This document shows positions 49,701 to 56,399 of a stretch of 64,000 nt of DNA, piece after piece. The notes beneath the pieces are model-generated. The model was not told where the DNA came from. It did no database searches and was given only the letters and a program-made list of their open reading frames with translations. A program made the translations under genes and the position numbers. Each line of letters opens with the position of its first letter. Positions within the stretch are counted from its first letter, which is position 1. Location: positions 1-64,000 of the IMG/VR virus record IMGVR_UViG_3300037882_001770. One strand, written 5' to 3'.

Positions 49701-52530
49701 TATCTTTATATAAATTATTGTCAAACACGATATCGCCAACGTTGGCTAAACTCAAGTACCGCAATGGAAATCCTAATACCGGATCATTTACATTACCGGG
49801 TCCTATTGCATAGCTAAACAATTTATTACCAGCAAAAGTGGTACTTGGGTATTTTGACGACGATCCAAGACTAATACCGTCAGCATCATACACATCAAAC
49901 AACGGTGGTTGGTTGACTCCAGTTTTTTGTTGAGTTTCGAGCCATTCAATACCATCAAAGTAAAAACTTATTCCTTGCAAAGTATTACCACTTAAGCAAA
50001 CTATATTTTGATCAACCAACACTGTAGCGTCAGCTGCCGGAACCAAATTGATAATAGGTTGAGCAATCAACGGTGGCACAGTATCTGGAACAATAAATTC
50101 AACTAGGTATATTTTATTACGTACATCTGGGTCAGAATCAGCAGCAAAAATAACCCGAGTTCCGTTGGCCAATTCATATCCGTCAATAGAATACGTAGCT
50201 GTTCCGGTGCCAGCAGCAGTTGCTTCGGCAGTGATAATATCTCCGGCGCTGTACACAATGCCAGCGGTACCGGCTACTGTGTTCCAGTCAGTGGTGCCCA
50301 CTGTTGTAATTGTGTAAGAGTATCCAATTACCAAATTACTAGATTCAAATGTTCCGGTTGTTCCGTTAATAGTGCTGAGTACATCTGTATTAGAAAAATC
50401 AATAATATCAACTGGTTGCTTGCCCTGAGTTCCAAAATTAAACAATCGAGTTCCGGCACGATATTCCAACACCGGGCGTTTTGCTCTTGACAAATTATTC
50501 ACTGTAGGTGCAACATTATTGTATTCGGCGGTAGCATTGATGACATCAATATGGAACCAGCGATTACTTCTAGTCCAAGGATTTAAATCCGGACTGGCAC
50601 GATTTATTGTTAGATAATCTGTAACCTCTGGGGCATTTAAAGTAGTGTCATATCCACCAACATCGAACGGAGCACTATCATACGGAATACTTTCGCTCTT
50701 GGTGTAGGTTTCCGGAGTAACAAAGTTGGTCACCGGTAATAATTGAATAGCTGTGCCAACACCCTCTATATAATAAGAATTGTTTTGATAGCTTTCTGGA
50801 ATTACATTGCCTCTAAATGTTACCTTGAGGCCATTGGTGAACACCACACCGTTGGGGCTGGTGTAGTCGGGCTCGCCAATAATATCTTCAATGTTAAGAG
50901 TAGTATCTAGTGATTGGTCGATCAATCGAATACGGCCAAAAATTTCAGGATCTGTGCCGTCCTGGTACCAGAGGGTATCAAGTATTGCAGTTAGTAATGG
51001 AATTTGTTCAAAATATCCTTCGGCATTTTTATACCATTGTGTGCTGGCATATTGCTGACCAAACTGAATTGAAAACTTTTCTAAATTGTTGACCTCTTCC
51101 ACACTGTTTAATTGCATAAACTGTGTGCCGTCTGAGGTTGTTACATATTCAATTTGCCACACGCTATAACGCAAGGACTGGTTGGTAATGTCTGTGGTTT
51201 GATCAAATGTAGTTGTGTCAAAGGCTCCAACAATACCAGTATCGGGTGCCGTGTCTGGCAATGGGTCAAACTGTGTGGTAATTTGCCAGCCGCCGTCTTG
51301 TGCATCGACAATTTGATTTAAAAATATTACGGTGCGGCCGTTGAGATTTGTTATTCCGTCAATGCCGCCATATTGCTCAAGGAATGGGTCAACAAATTGA
51401 TTGTTGATTTGATTGAACTTGAGATTGGTTACTAGATCAACTGTGCCAATGCTGGTTAATCCGTAGTAAAAATTCTGTGCAGTACTCAGCGGAACGTTAA
51501 AAGTTACTGTCCCTAAATCTTCACCGTTGTTAATTACTCCCAACACATCACGACTGCTAATATTAGGAGTGCTAGGGATTGTTCCGCTAATGCCTGGATC
51601 GGTTTGTATCCAGAATCCAGGACCGGTTCCGGGAGTGCCATCGATTATGTTGATTTGACCGCGCATGTTAAACTGCGTAGCACTAGAGTAATACAGTGTG
51701 TCGGGCGCATCTTGTGGGACTTCAAATGTGATTGTTCCGGTGGTTGAACCGTTGCGACTTACCCCAGTGCTATACGTGTTAACGTTGCCAAGGCTTGCTA
51801 TTGTTTTGATCCAAAATGGTGACGGCACATTCAGTGACAAATCAAACGTATATGTGTTGCCGCGAGTCAAGGTCAACGTTGGGTTCGTTAAAAAGTCAAT
51901 CACATAAGCCGATGTACTGTTGTTGGTCACTCGATAATTAACAGTCTCCTTAGCGTTTTGCGCAACTTGAAAAGTATAATTGCCGCCACGCACTAATGTG
52001 ATTGCCGGATTGGTGCCCGAAATTCCACTAAATGTGTACGCACCATTGGCGCGAGTCACAGTGATATTATCAGTTAATGGTACTGTGGTTGCCGATACAT
52101 CAACATCGTCTGGACCCGACGGTAACCAGTAGTATTGACTAAAGTTAACCATTTTGTCAAAATCAACAAATGGGTCCCATGTGTAGTATTCGCTAGTATA
52201 TAGGCGAGCCGGGTTATTAGTGACGGCGCCTTGTAATCTAAGTGCATCATTGATACCAGGATAGGTAATAACATCATTGATATCGTCTGAGTCTGGTTCT
52301 AATGAAACAACGCCGGGTTCTAATTGATAGTCTGTACGAATTTTTGTTGGCTCTGTCACGTATCGATCGTTGGGATTTACACCAGGACCAACCCGACGAC
52401 CCACAAAGCCTTGAGTCTTTTGAAATTTTGGTTCTTGAACTAATTGATCTAATGTTGCATTTAAAAATTGTTCGGTAACCGGAGTCTGGAATATTTCTGG
52501 GAGGAAATCAACAGTTCTTATTTTTGCCAT
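37747..52530 (-). CDS. giant (4927 aa) virion protein, baseplate/fibre-like, with FG-GAP-like propeller and beta-rich repeat modules
   Basis: Uninterrupted 14.8-kb ORF coupled to the gp6-like gene; FGxS/AV...GAP repeats; VxVNG..Q..GxDY repeats. Confidence 0.85.
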   Translation of the reverse strand: MAKIRTVDFLPEIFQTPVTEQFLNATLDQLVQEPKFQKTQGFVGRRVGPGVNPNDRYVTEPTKIRTDYQLEPGVVSLEPDSDDINDVITYPGINDALRLQGAVTNNPARLYTSEYYTWDPFVDFDKMVNFSQYYWLPSGPDDVDVSATTVPLTDNITVTRANGAYTFSGISGTNPAITLVRGGNYTFQVAQNAKETVNYRVTNNSTSAYVIDFLTNPTLTLTRGNTYTFDLSLNVPSPFWIKTIASLGNVNTYSTGVSRNGSTTGTITFEVPQDAPDTLYYSSATQFNMRGQINIIDGTPGTGPGFWIQTDPGISGTIPSTPNISSRDVLGVINNGEDLGTVTFNVPLSTAQNFYYGLTSIGTVDLVTNLKFNQINNQFVDPFLEQYGGIDGITNLNGRTVIFLNQIVDAQDGGWQITTQFDPLPDTAPDTGIVGAFDTTTFDQTTDITNQSLRYSVWQIEYVTTSDGTQFMQLNSVEEVNNLEKFSIQFGQQYASTQWYKNAEGYFEQIPLLTAILDTLWYQDGTDPEIFGRIRLIDQSLDTTLNIEDIIGEPDYTSPNGVVFTNGLKVTFRGNVIPESYQNNSYYIEGVGTAIQLLPVTNFVTPETYTKSESIPYDSAPFDVGGYDTTLNAPEVTDYLTINRASPDLNPWTRSNRWFHIDVINATAEYNNVAPTVNNLSRAKRPVLEYRAGTRLFNFGTQGKQPVDIIDFSNTDVLSTINGTTGTFESSNLVIGYSYTITTVGTTDWNTVAGTAGIVYSAGDIITAEATAAGTGTATYSIDGYELANGTRVIFAADSDPDVRNKIYLVEFIVPDTVPPLIAQPIINLVPAADATVLVDQNIVCLSGNTLQGISFYFDGIEWLETQQKTGVNQPPLFDVYDADGISLGSSSKYPSTTFAGNKLFSYAIGPGNVNDPVLGFPLRYLSLANVGDIVFDNNLYKDTFVYVTDSVGKTQPTSIGFVRQYSDRITYVREIGWQPAVTPELIRQQFQFTYDGSPLQLDVKVVENNTVPAIQLYVGSQFQETGNYTYTTTDNTTTIVLTTAYVPGDIIEVEVLSDQISAVGFYQVPGNLESNPLNANSDTFTLGTIRSHYGSIAKNLIALQGPINGANNTRDLGNIIPYGLQILQQSSPLTLAGYFMRNPEYNIFASIEYNSREYIKFKSQLLETVIRNDYVSQTVSQILDSAISEITQGRTELNPFYWSDMLPAGSVFTDTVTTITPITTNIFSTLQTYDFTSSNYLGLLVYLTRTVNNQPETVLLQRGIEYDVAIDGPRLTITIPLAVGEKVTIREYTTTVGNYVPNTPTKIGLYPRFRPEIYVDTSYVNPTTVIQGHDGSITVAFGDIRDQILLEFETRIYNNLKNDNNPTPLSFADIAPGFFRTTGYSQTEITNILSQSFLTWVGWNKIDYKTQDYIANNPFTYNYSSAGNRITNTPLLGAWRGIYRYFYDTESPNTRPWEMLGFSEEPAWWVDQYGPAPYTSDNLVLWDDLEAGYVADPVAPYVIEKYRRPGLTSVLPAGSEGQLLAPIDSVVGPYDPTAFRKSWVVGDGGPAESAWWTSSSYPFAVMRLLALTRPAQFFSLFADRDLYRFDAELDQYLYNGRYRLDANGIEVYGNGVSKASYINWIVDYNQQLGRSSTTRLTEDLQNLDVRLCYRMATFTDKQYLKIYTERSSPDSLNSGLLLPDESYNLLLYKNQPFAEIVYSALIIERVQNGYAVYGYSTTAPYFQIFASASNGLLTTVSAGGASVRVPSQYTDTVVQVPYGYVFTNTTIMVDFILSYGAYLKSQGLVFDDVENGYTLNWNQMAEEFLYFSQQGWAVGTMINLNPSASKLTAVRPGAVVDTIVSVTPENMLLDQNRTVLPTRDLLIERIDNRFTISSATNQTISYLQLRFTNYENLVVLDNLSIFNDLIYNPTTGARQNRIRIMASTTTEWNGTLDAQGFILNQDNVKEWKSNRRYTKGEIVKYKGTYWSAQGIIQPKLEFDYNDWVKSDYTAIQKGLLPNIANKADQLANSYNTNVANLEGDNDLLSYGLIGFRPRQYMEALNLDDVSQVNIYQQFLKSKGTVRSAEIFTRADLGKESAEYNIYENWGVLVSTYGANANRSFIELRLNEALLSSNPSTIQVIQPQQQSNAEQTVLLSDVWRESYKLTSTDILPTTYTTQTDTALPSAGYVNLNDTDINVFSLDDPSSISASLDSIGIGTIIWVAKTNSYDWNIYRCGRVAGQVQQVIDNLNGTSVAQFNTAHDLEVGDLIIIRYFDTAIDGVYRVLSVPSITSVVIAFNFNNTNQTQVFGEGLAFELQSSRVTQASDVALLPFANLLTAGAKAWVDNNGNGHWAVLEKQNPFTSYNEITAESVESNANFGTSITQTLNNFSALVGAPSANSGAGTINAFNQGVDNLYIDSGTLVLLAANTVGFGNSVKFGNQSWAVAGASKSLSNTGYAISLYQIPTTPDFLQVQLLIPPDINPSVIDPIKFGESVTISRDERWMYVGAPDGDRVYAYGRVDADPQSVNYRTDGSTASFNYSDTIQIDSANPAQLLVTLNSNQLTYGADYTIDAEDVIFTIAPIADQPLNIARRDTVQLDSRVYVNVVATGGSGTGARFSVNNVRGVYGVTIVNPGTGYTVGNTLTIPGTSIGGTSPANDVTITITGVTTLVAGIITDFTFTGGGISNTASFNLEPSLYTATNIYSFTVVVDGIIQRPFLDYTFNNGTTTITFTTLPGSGSVISVRAGVYWQYADTITGPSGSRFGHSVDTTTDGRQVMIGAPDDEVTITVNGAPTPILAGNTYVYDRSVIRYSVNDVLEDTYAIPGVPVDPIMVVLNGEYLTSTQFAVNGQYTIVGSDVVLSSSTELTIGDILEIETNQFQLVQTISANSPFDEADFGHAIDVCPTNCSIYIGAPFDGSVLSQAGSVDRRVNQSRVYGVTTSLIANPTLVAGDTIRINNIEVTVPNSPNNTVGGLANAINTFDPPIPNVIASTTTDLTFAGDGITNIFGIGSLYSAADSYTTVVYVNNVLQTSGVDYSYNNTSEQIIFTSAPAKNSVILVVSGRLTLSVKNSIAATPFNKLTILPGVVSAVSSVLPTAFTDLLFDTYPWTQTIVSPAASAYAKFGSALNINDDSTTLVVGAPHGNVYEPVTFDGGNTVFDDSSTTFFTPIADGGVVYTFDYLSSGTDNISNPGLFVFGQQIYDTSIAANDEFGTAVNYTSSRLIIGSPNSTVENLTFAGRVSVFNNVNDTPAWAVIHQQQPVVDIDLINSVFAYDKLTSGGQQYFDFFNPLQGKILGAAQRNIDYIGAVDPADYNVGSIHNLGNSWAQEHVGEIWWDTDTVRFIDPNQDDIVYASRRWGQLFPGSRVDIYQWISSLVAPVSYPGPGTPLSTSSYTVSTALNQQNILETRYYFWVRGLTTIDTKAGKTLSSTGIARYIENPRSSGIPYVAPLNASTVAIYNALDLVSAADTILHIEYDRQFTDAAVHQEFQLIADGRGDSFLNDILYRKMQDSFCGVDTRGGVVPDPFLSPAERYGVQFRPRQSMFADRYTALENYLTRANTVLAQYPIVEMRSFNLLNSREPEPPATVDSTTIWNLRVANLDVLGYQNINTVALGYLYLVDSDSSQNGLWTIYEVAEVASVRVLNLVRVQNYDTRRYWSHIDWYLPGYNNTINPVAEVPNYTSLDTLTLTAVPVGSSVQVTANAQGKFEVYQRTDLGWNRVGLQDGTIQFNQELWNYALGNFGFDVEVFDAQYFDQEPVIETRKIIQAINEELFIDDLAIERNRSLMLMFHYIYSEFTAPEWLVKTSLVDVDHKIRALLPFQTYLQDNQDFVLDYIQEVKPYHVQIREFNLTYDGSDAYFGDLTDFDIPAYFNTELVPPQYVSPVLTPYTQARSEGESTVSDAEPNSEIWTLRPWKEWYNNYLLSIQGVNVVDTGAGYTVAPEVVVTGDCEVPAEMTAIINSAGQVVGVTVDNPGSGYSTTAEITFVGGNGLGARATSIMGNDLVRSIKTVMKYDRYQYSSTIMDWEANTSFDNGTLVRYIDQIWEANSDDSSAVNSPTFNPEQWIRVNPALVTLQYNTSGNYYEITPGSTYITGVDRTMGLYTPTSNQPGLELPLLIDGVDYPGVQVYGLGYTETTELNAIYESSYLDLYLGTRFTDINVDGGAYIDTYSSHAPEELIPGSEFDTMDMRVYTRPGSYWALDGHGFPEVVIKYAIDPTVSEMSFAGLLPYPSQVTVANQSTGIQLVEGVNYTVNWVNQTVTVTSGATTGQIIVISSYELGGGSQLYKALVNGADIGNTLLIPVQFSEIQELAIFVNGQITTDYVYEAAENLQTRIVFGTTLASADEVTLTAIGPTLVNDTEVNYSWSAPQTQVITGTTGVLVYELTNTLEYSNPDNLIVTVNGLRARTSAGAEYYSDDSTEFLLPNRLGFSQQLISDNEVHVYLNDIPQTLNVDFAVEPYSPFDDARSIILNTLPEPGTRVLVTVDTNTQCYVSNNNQLTFNSSAGLIPQDGDVIAVTTWNDTRQQDILTQVFVGPVVTGITLVEGYDEVNYDTDFIPASNTVEQNFVATGSTTFVANTIQVIDTTYLPVAVYVGGVLQVSGYTVLSTPGPLTVVFDVAPTFGYAVKIAVTNYSRSTTTDVTNGTAGSFDYSAGAEVIVNNLSLERTITDPDRLWVTFNGKRIFYGQDFAIQDQELILTSGLMTASDIVIITEFTESLVPEAMAFRIFQDMRGAQATYRITPATTTTLAQPLSDTADIIYVEDASRLSDPNVNINIWGIVTIDGERIMYRERDTVNNTISSLRRGTAGTAAAAHSVGTDLYDMGRGNLLPAEYQNYIVSNSFAANGVTVSFTADNVDVGTLDSTSLEEAVEVYVGGTYQVGNYTIIADNPVTVVFDTPPDDGVEVTILIRRGVTWYAQGINTASDGVALQDTQTKAARFLRGL

Positions 52531-55500
52531 TAAATTACTCCGCTACCGGGTGCAGTACGAATATTTGTACTGGTTAATGCCTGAATTACTTCAACATCAT
52601 TAACTGTTGCCGCATTAACAAAAATTTGATTAGGGGCTGATCTAATTTCGTACAAATCACCAAATGATTTTTGAGGGTTAAGTGGAACCAACACTACAGA
52701 GCTTACAATATCTCCAATTTGACTATGCAGGTAGGCAGCCAGTTCACTGAAATAAAATGTATCGCCAAAATCCCACTTGTCTAAACTAAAGTAAGCTTCG
52801 ACATTGGCGACAACTAAATTTTTAATTTCGCTCACGCTGGCTATGCTATTTGCAGCCTTAATGACCTTAATAGTTGCCCGCAACTCTTGAGAGGCCTTTG
52901 CTCCAAACAACGGTTTAAATTCAACGCTGTTTAAAATCACATTGTCTGAAATCATTTTATAATCTTGCAATCCGGCATACTCCGTAGTAAGTTGATCAAT
53001 AGTTGGCGGGGTTGGTACGGCCACTGTACCGGTTGAATCTTTGATCCAATTTTGATAGGCAGTATAATATTGTAATGTCACCACATATAGGTCAATAATG
53101 TTTGTTGTGCCAGGGTCAAGTCTTGAAGTCAACGGACTATTGTGTCGATACTGGAAGAATAGATCTTGGCGACCAGTTCTGGCCACCCATTCTGAACTAA
53201 CATCTGTTAAAGTGCCAACTCCTAAACTGTTTACTGTCAATTTGTAAAACGACTGATTATCAATGCTAACAGTTGAGTCTTGATTCCATGCATAGAATAT
53301 TTGTCCGTCAAAGTACTCAGACTTGATTGCGTTAATTGCATCAAGAGTAGGATACTCACTGTTGACTACTCCTGCTTCGACCAACAAGTAACGTTCAAGA
53401 TTATCAAAGTCTACAGTTTTTTCTAAGAATACCAACTTTGATTCAGGGTTAACTAACGGTGCCACAATGTCATTGAAGAAATCTGGGTTGTCGGGGATGC
53501 CATCACTATCGCTATCCTGGAAGCTGACTAAAACTTGGAAGTCGTCAACAAATCCATCACTTTCAACTGGTTGACCAATAATACGTAGTTTGGTATCACC
53601 ATCGAGTGGATAATTGCTATCAGGTTTACTATTGGTTTTTAAAACTTTGACAAAGTCTGAAATTACTGTGCCGGTGCGACTGTCGTAGATTTTTTGATCT
53701 GTAAAGAAAAAGAATCGTGTTTCCAACACTGATCCAAAATAGTAATCTAAGCTTCGACTAACTACTGTGTATTTTTCGCCGTCGGTGGTGGCTTGGATAA
53801 ACCAGCTGGCATCATCGTTTACACCGGCGTCACTTTGAGCGTTTGCTAAACTAAAAGTGGCGCCAACATCCAAATTAGTGCTAGTAATTACGTACCACTC
53901 AGCAGTAAGGTTATCATATCCTAGACCAAAATTACGATTTAAAATAATTTGATCTGCTACACTTTGTATTATAGTTGTTGGCAAATCTGTTACAAAAAGT
54001 GGAATAACTTCATCGCATATTGCGCCGGTAGGAACAAAGTTATTAAGAACTACCGGACCGGTTCCGTTGGCTAAATTTCCAAGTCCCTGGTTTGTTCCAT
54101 CAACAAACACCGCAGTTGGGCTGGCCCAGATACTTAGTCTTTCGTCGGCTGTGGTCGGAGTGCCCGGAACTAATTGATTGTTAATATCAAAGAAATATCC
54201 TGTAGGTGCTACAAATTTTACCAAGCTGCCAACTTGAATATACTTGGTGTTGCTTGACGAATACACACCAATTGATACTGGCGAGCCGGTAAAGGTTTGA
54301 AAGTATCCTGTAGTTTCATTGGCCAATGTAGTGCTTTGTTTCCAAGACACACTCAATGACAATAAGTCTGGGCGAGGATAATTTGCATAATAAAATTGTT
54401 TTGCAGTATCTTCGATCAATGTTGGAGTGATACGATTTGTAATTGTATCGCTAATATCGTTATTGGTCAGCCATGTGAATTGAAACGCCGGTAAGGTGTT
54501 GTATTCATACAATGCGCCGTCACTGCTAAAAGTATTGGTGCTGGAATATTTTCCAGTGTTGTCTACCAAATCAAGATATCGACTGGTACCAATACTGGCA
54601 CGATTCAATGCCTTGCTTTTTAAAATTGAGTTGTAGTTGGTAAACGGAAAATTATTATAATCTTCGCCGTTGACCATACGATTTTGTGTATAGTATCTTG
54701 CTGGCGCACGTTGCTTGATCTCGTCAATAGTTTCGCGTGCCTGTGCATTGCTAACCGGTTCGGTGATGCCACAAGTGAATGTAATTGTTTCAATTTGACC
54801 AGTGCGGCTCACATAACTGATTGGGATTACCACACTTTGCATTTCTTCTGGATTGATAATGTATTGCAATCCATTTGATGCACGCACATAAGCCCGGAAC
54901 AAGCCCACAGGAATTTCACTGAATACTCCGTCACCAAAGTTTAATGTGATTTGATCGTTTGTTCTTGAAGTTACGCTGAATAATTTTCTAATGTTTGGGC
55001 TTAACTGCTCAACCGCGGCTGCATAAACGCTTTCTACAAAGGTCCATTCCTGAGCCACGTTGCCTACGTTGTCTAATTGATACAGCCAACGGTCTGTGTT
55101 ATTGACGCCCTCGATGTTGATATTCACAGTACGGTTGCTGATACGTTCTGGCAAGTTAAAATCCTGATTTTGCAACACACCTTGTTTGAACATAAAGAAG
55201 TAACCGGTATTGGCACTAGCAAATCCCAGTTCGTCGTTGCGGAATAGTACATTAAATTGTCCATTTGGCAATGGGCTCGGTTCATATACAAAGCTCTTGC
55301 CGATTGCAGTTGATGTAACTGCTTCAAATGGCATATTAACACCGTCAATGGTAGAAGTATATGGAATAACCGGCAGGTATCCGGGAACTAAATTTATTGT
55401 GTATTCATCTGTGCGCACACCTAAGATTGTGTTTCTTGCGCCTGGGCGGCCAACTCGCTGAGTATTGACCAAGCTGGCATTAACAATTGATGTAAATTGC

Positions 55501-55961
55501 TCTTGCCAATCAAAGTTGCTGGGATCGGCCCAGTTAACTGTAATATTGGCCAGGTTAATCCCGTTGTAGTCAATAACGCTTTCGGTTGTACTAACTGAAA
55601 ACACCTTGAGATACCCCTGAGCAGCAGTGTTACGCTTGGGGGTATAACTGACTAAATTGGCTAGTTTTACAACACTATCTCTGCGCTCGGCGGTGTCTAA
55701 ATAGTTTTCACGTGTGTTTAAATCGGTACGGAATGCTAGTGCTTGACCCATAAAGGCCATAATATCAAGTAGAGCAATGAACTCACTTGATTCAATGTAA
55801 TCATTAAATGTTTCGGGATAATACAGGCGTAAGTAGTCTACAAAACTTTTGCGTAAGGTTTCAAAGTCGTAGCTTTGAAAGTCAGCTTCGCGATAAGTTT
55901 GATAGATTCTTTTCCAATCTTCAACACCAAAAATCGCGGTTTGTCTTGTGGTTTTTGCCAT
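52530..55961 (-). CDS. baseplate wedge subunit (T4 gp6-like)
   Basis: DFETLR, YLDTAERRDSVVKLA..Y.P, FGDGVF..IP, ETIDEIKQRAP..Y..QNRMV..EDY. Confidence 0.85.
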   Translation of the reverse strand: MAKTTRQTAIFGVEDWKRIYQTYREADFQSYDFETLRKSFVDYLRLYYPETFNDYIESSEFIALLDIMAFMGQALAFRTDLNTRENYLDTAERRDSVVKLANLVSYTPKRNTAAQGYLKVFSVSTTESVIDYNGINLANITVNWADPSNFDWQEQFTSIVNASLVNTQRVGRPGARNTILGVRTDEYTINLVPGYLPVIPYTSTIDGVNMPFEAVTSTAIGKSFVYEPSPLPNGQFNVLFRNDELGFASANTGYFFMFKQGVLQNQDFNLPERISNRTVNINIEGVNNTDRWLYQLDNVGNVAQEWTFVESVYAAAVEQLSPNIRKLFSVTSRTNDQITLNFGDGVFSEIPVGLFRAYVRASNGLQYIINPEEMQSVVIPISYVSRTGQIETITFTCGITEPVSNAQARETIDEIKQRAPARYYTQNRMVNGEDYNNFPFTNYNSILKSKALNRASIGTSRYLDLVDNTGKYSSTNTFSSDGALYEYNTLPAFQFTWLTNNDISDTITNRITPTLIEDTAKQFYYANYPRPDLLSLSVSWKQSTTLANETTGYFQTFTGSPVSIGVYSSSNTKYIQVGSLVKFVAPTGYFFDINNQLVPGTPTTADERLSIWASPTAVFVDGTNQGLGNLANGTGPVVLNNFVPTGAICDEVIPLFVTDLPTTIIQSVADQIILNRNFGLGYDNLTAEWYVITSTNLDVGATFSLANAQSDAGVNDDASWFIQATTDGEKYTVVSRSLDYYFGSVLETRFFFFTDQKIYDSRTGTVISDFVKVLKTNSKPDSNYPLDGDTKLRIIGQPVESDGFVDDFQVLVSFQDSDSDGIPDNPDFFNDIVAPLVNPESKLVFLEKTVDFDNLERYLLVEAGVVNSEYPTLDAINAIKSEYFDGQIFYAWNQDSTVSIDNQSFYKLTVNSLGVGTLTDVSSEWVARTGRQDLFFQYRHNSPLTSRLDPGTTNIIDLYVVTLQYYTAYQNWIKDSTGTVAVPTPPTIDQLTTEYAGLQDYKMISDNVILNSVEFKPLFGAKASQELRATIKVIKAANSIASVSEIKNLVVANVEAYFSLDKWDFGDTFYFSELAAYLHSQIGDIVSSVVLVPLNPQKSFGDLYEIRSAPNQIFVNAATVNDVEVIQALTSTNIRTAPGSGVI

Positions 55962-55980
55962 ATCTATTCCAGTCTAATAT

Positions 55981-55987
55981 TATTTAT
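55981..55987 (-). promoter_or_regulatory. putative late promoter ATAAATA
   Basis: T4-late-like motif about 20 nt upstream of the gp6-like start. Confidence 0.5.
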
Positions 55988-56007
55988 GGTAATAATAATC
56001 TGGGTAG

Positions 56008-56382
56008 TTAAACGTACGAGGCTCGACGAGTTTCTTGATTAAAGAAGATAGACAGACGCTCTGCACTGGTGCTCGGAACCACTGTAATTTCTATTTGCAA
56101 CAACATGCCGTTGTTCTGTGGAAACAGTTCGATACTACTGACATAAATTCTAGGGTCGCCGCCGGCCACTCGTTGTATTTCCGCTGTGATTCCTCGTTCG
56201 GTTTCTTGCGTTTGATTTTCAAACACATAATCCCATAACACAGTACCGTAGGCCGGTCTTCCAACCACCTGCCCTTGCTGTATATTAAACGCATTTAGCA
56301 GGTCGCGTTTGATTAATTCAAAGTCAACTAGTGTAAACTTTTTATTTTGATTGATTGTATTAAATCCGATAAAAGTGGCCAT
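56008..56382 (-). CDS. baseplate wedge subunit (gp25-like)
   Basis: LIKRDLLN..G..P.YGT.LW..FE...DPRI pattern; size and position. Confidence 0.8.
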   Translation of the reverse strand: MATFIGFNTINQNKKFTLVDFELIKRDLLNAFNIQQGQVVGRPAYGTVLWDYVFENQTQETERGITAEIQRVAGGDPRIYVSSIELFPQNNGMLLQIEITVVPSTSAERLSIFFNQETRRASYV

Positions 56383-56399
56383 GCTGTATTTACTTTCGT

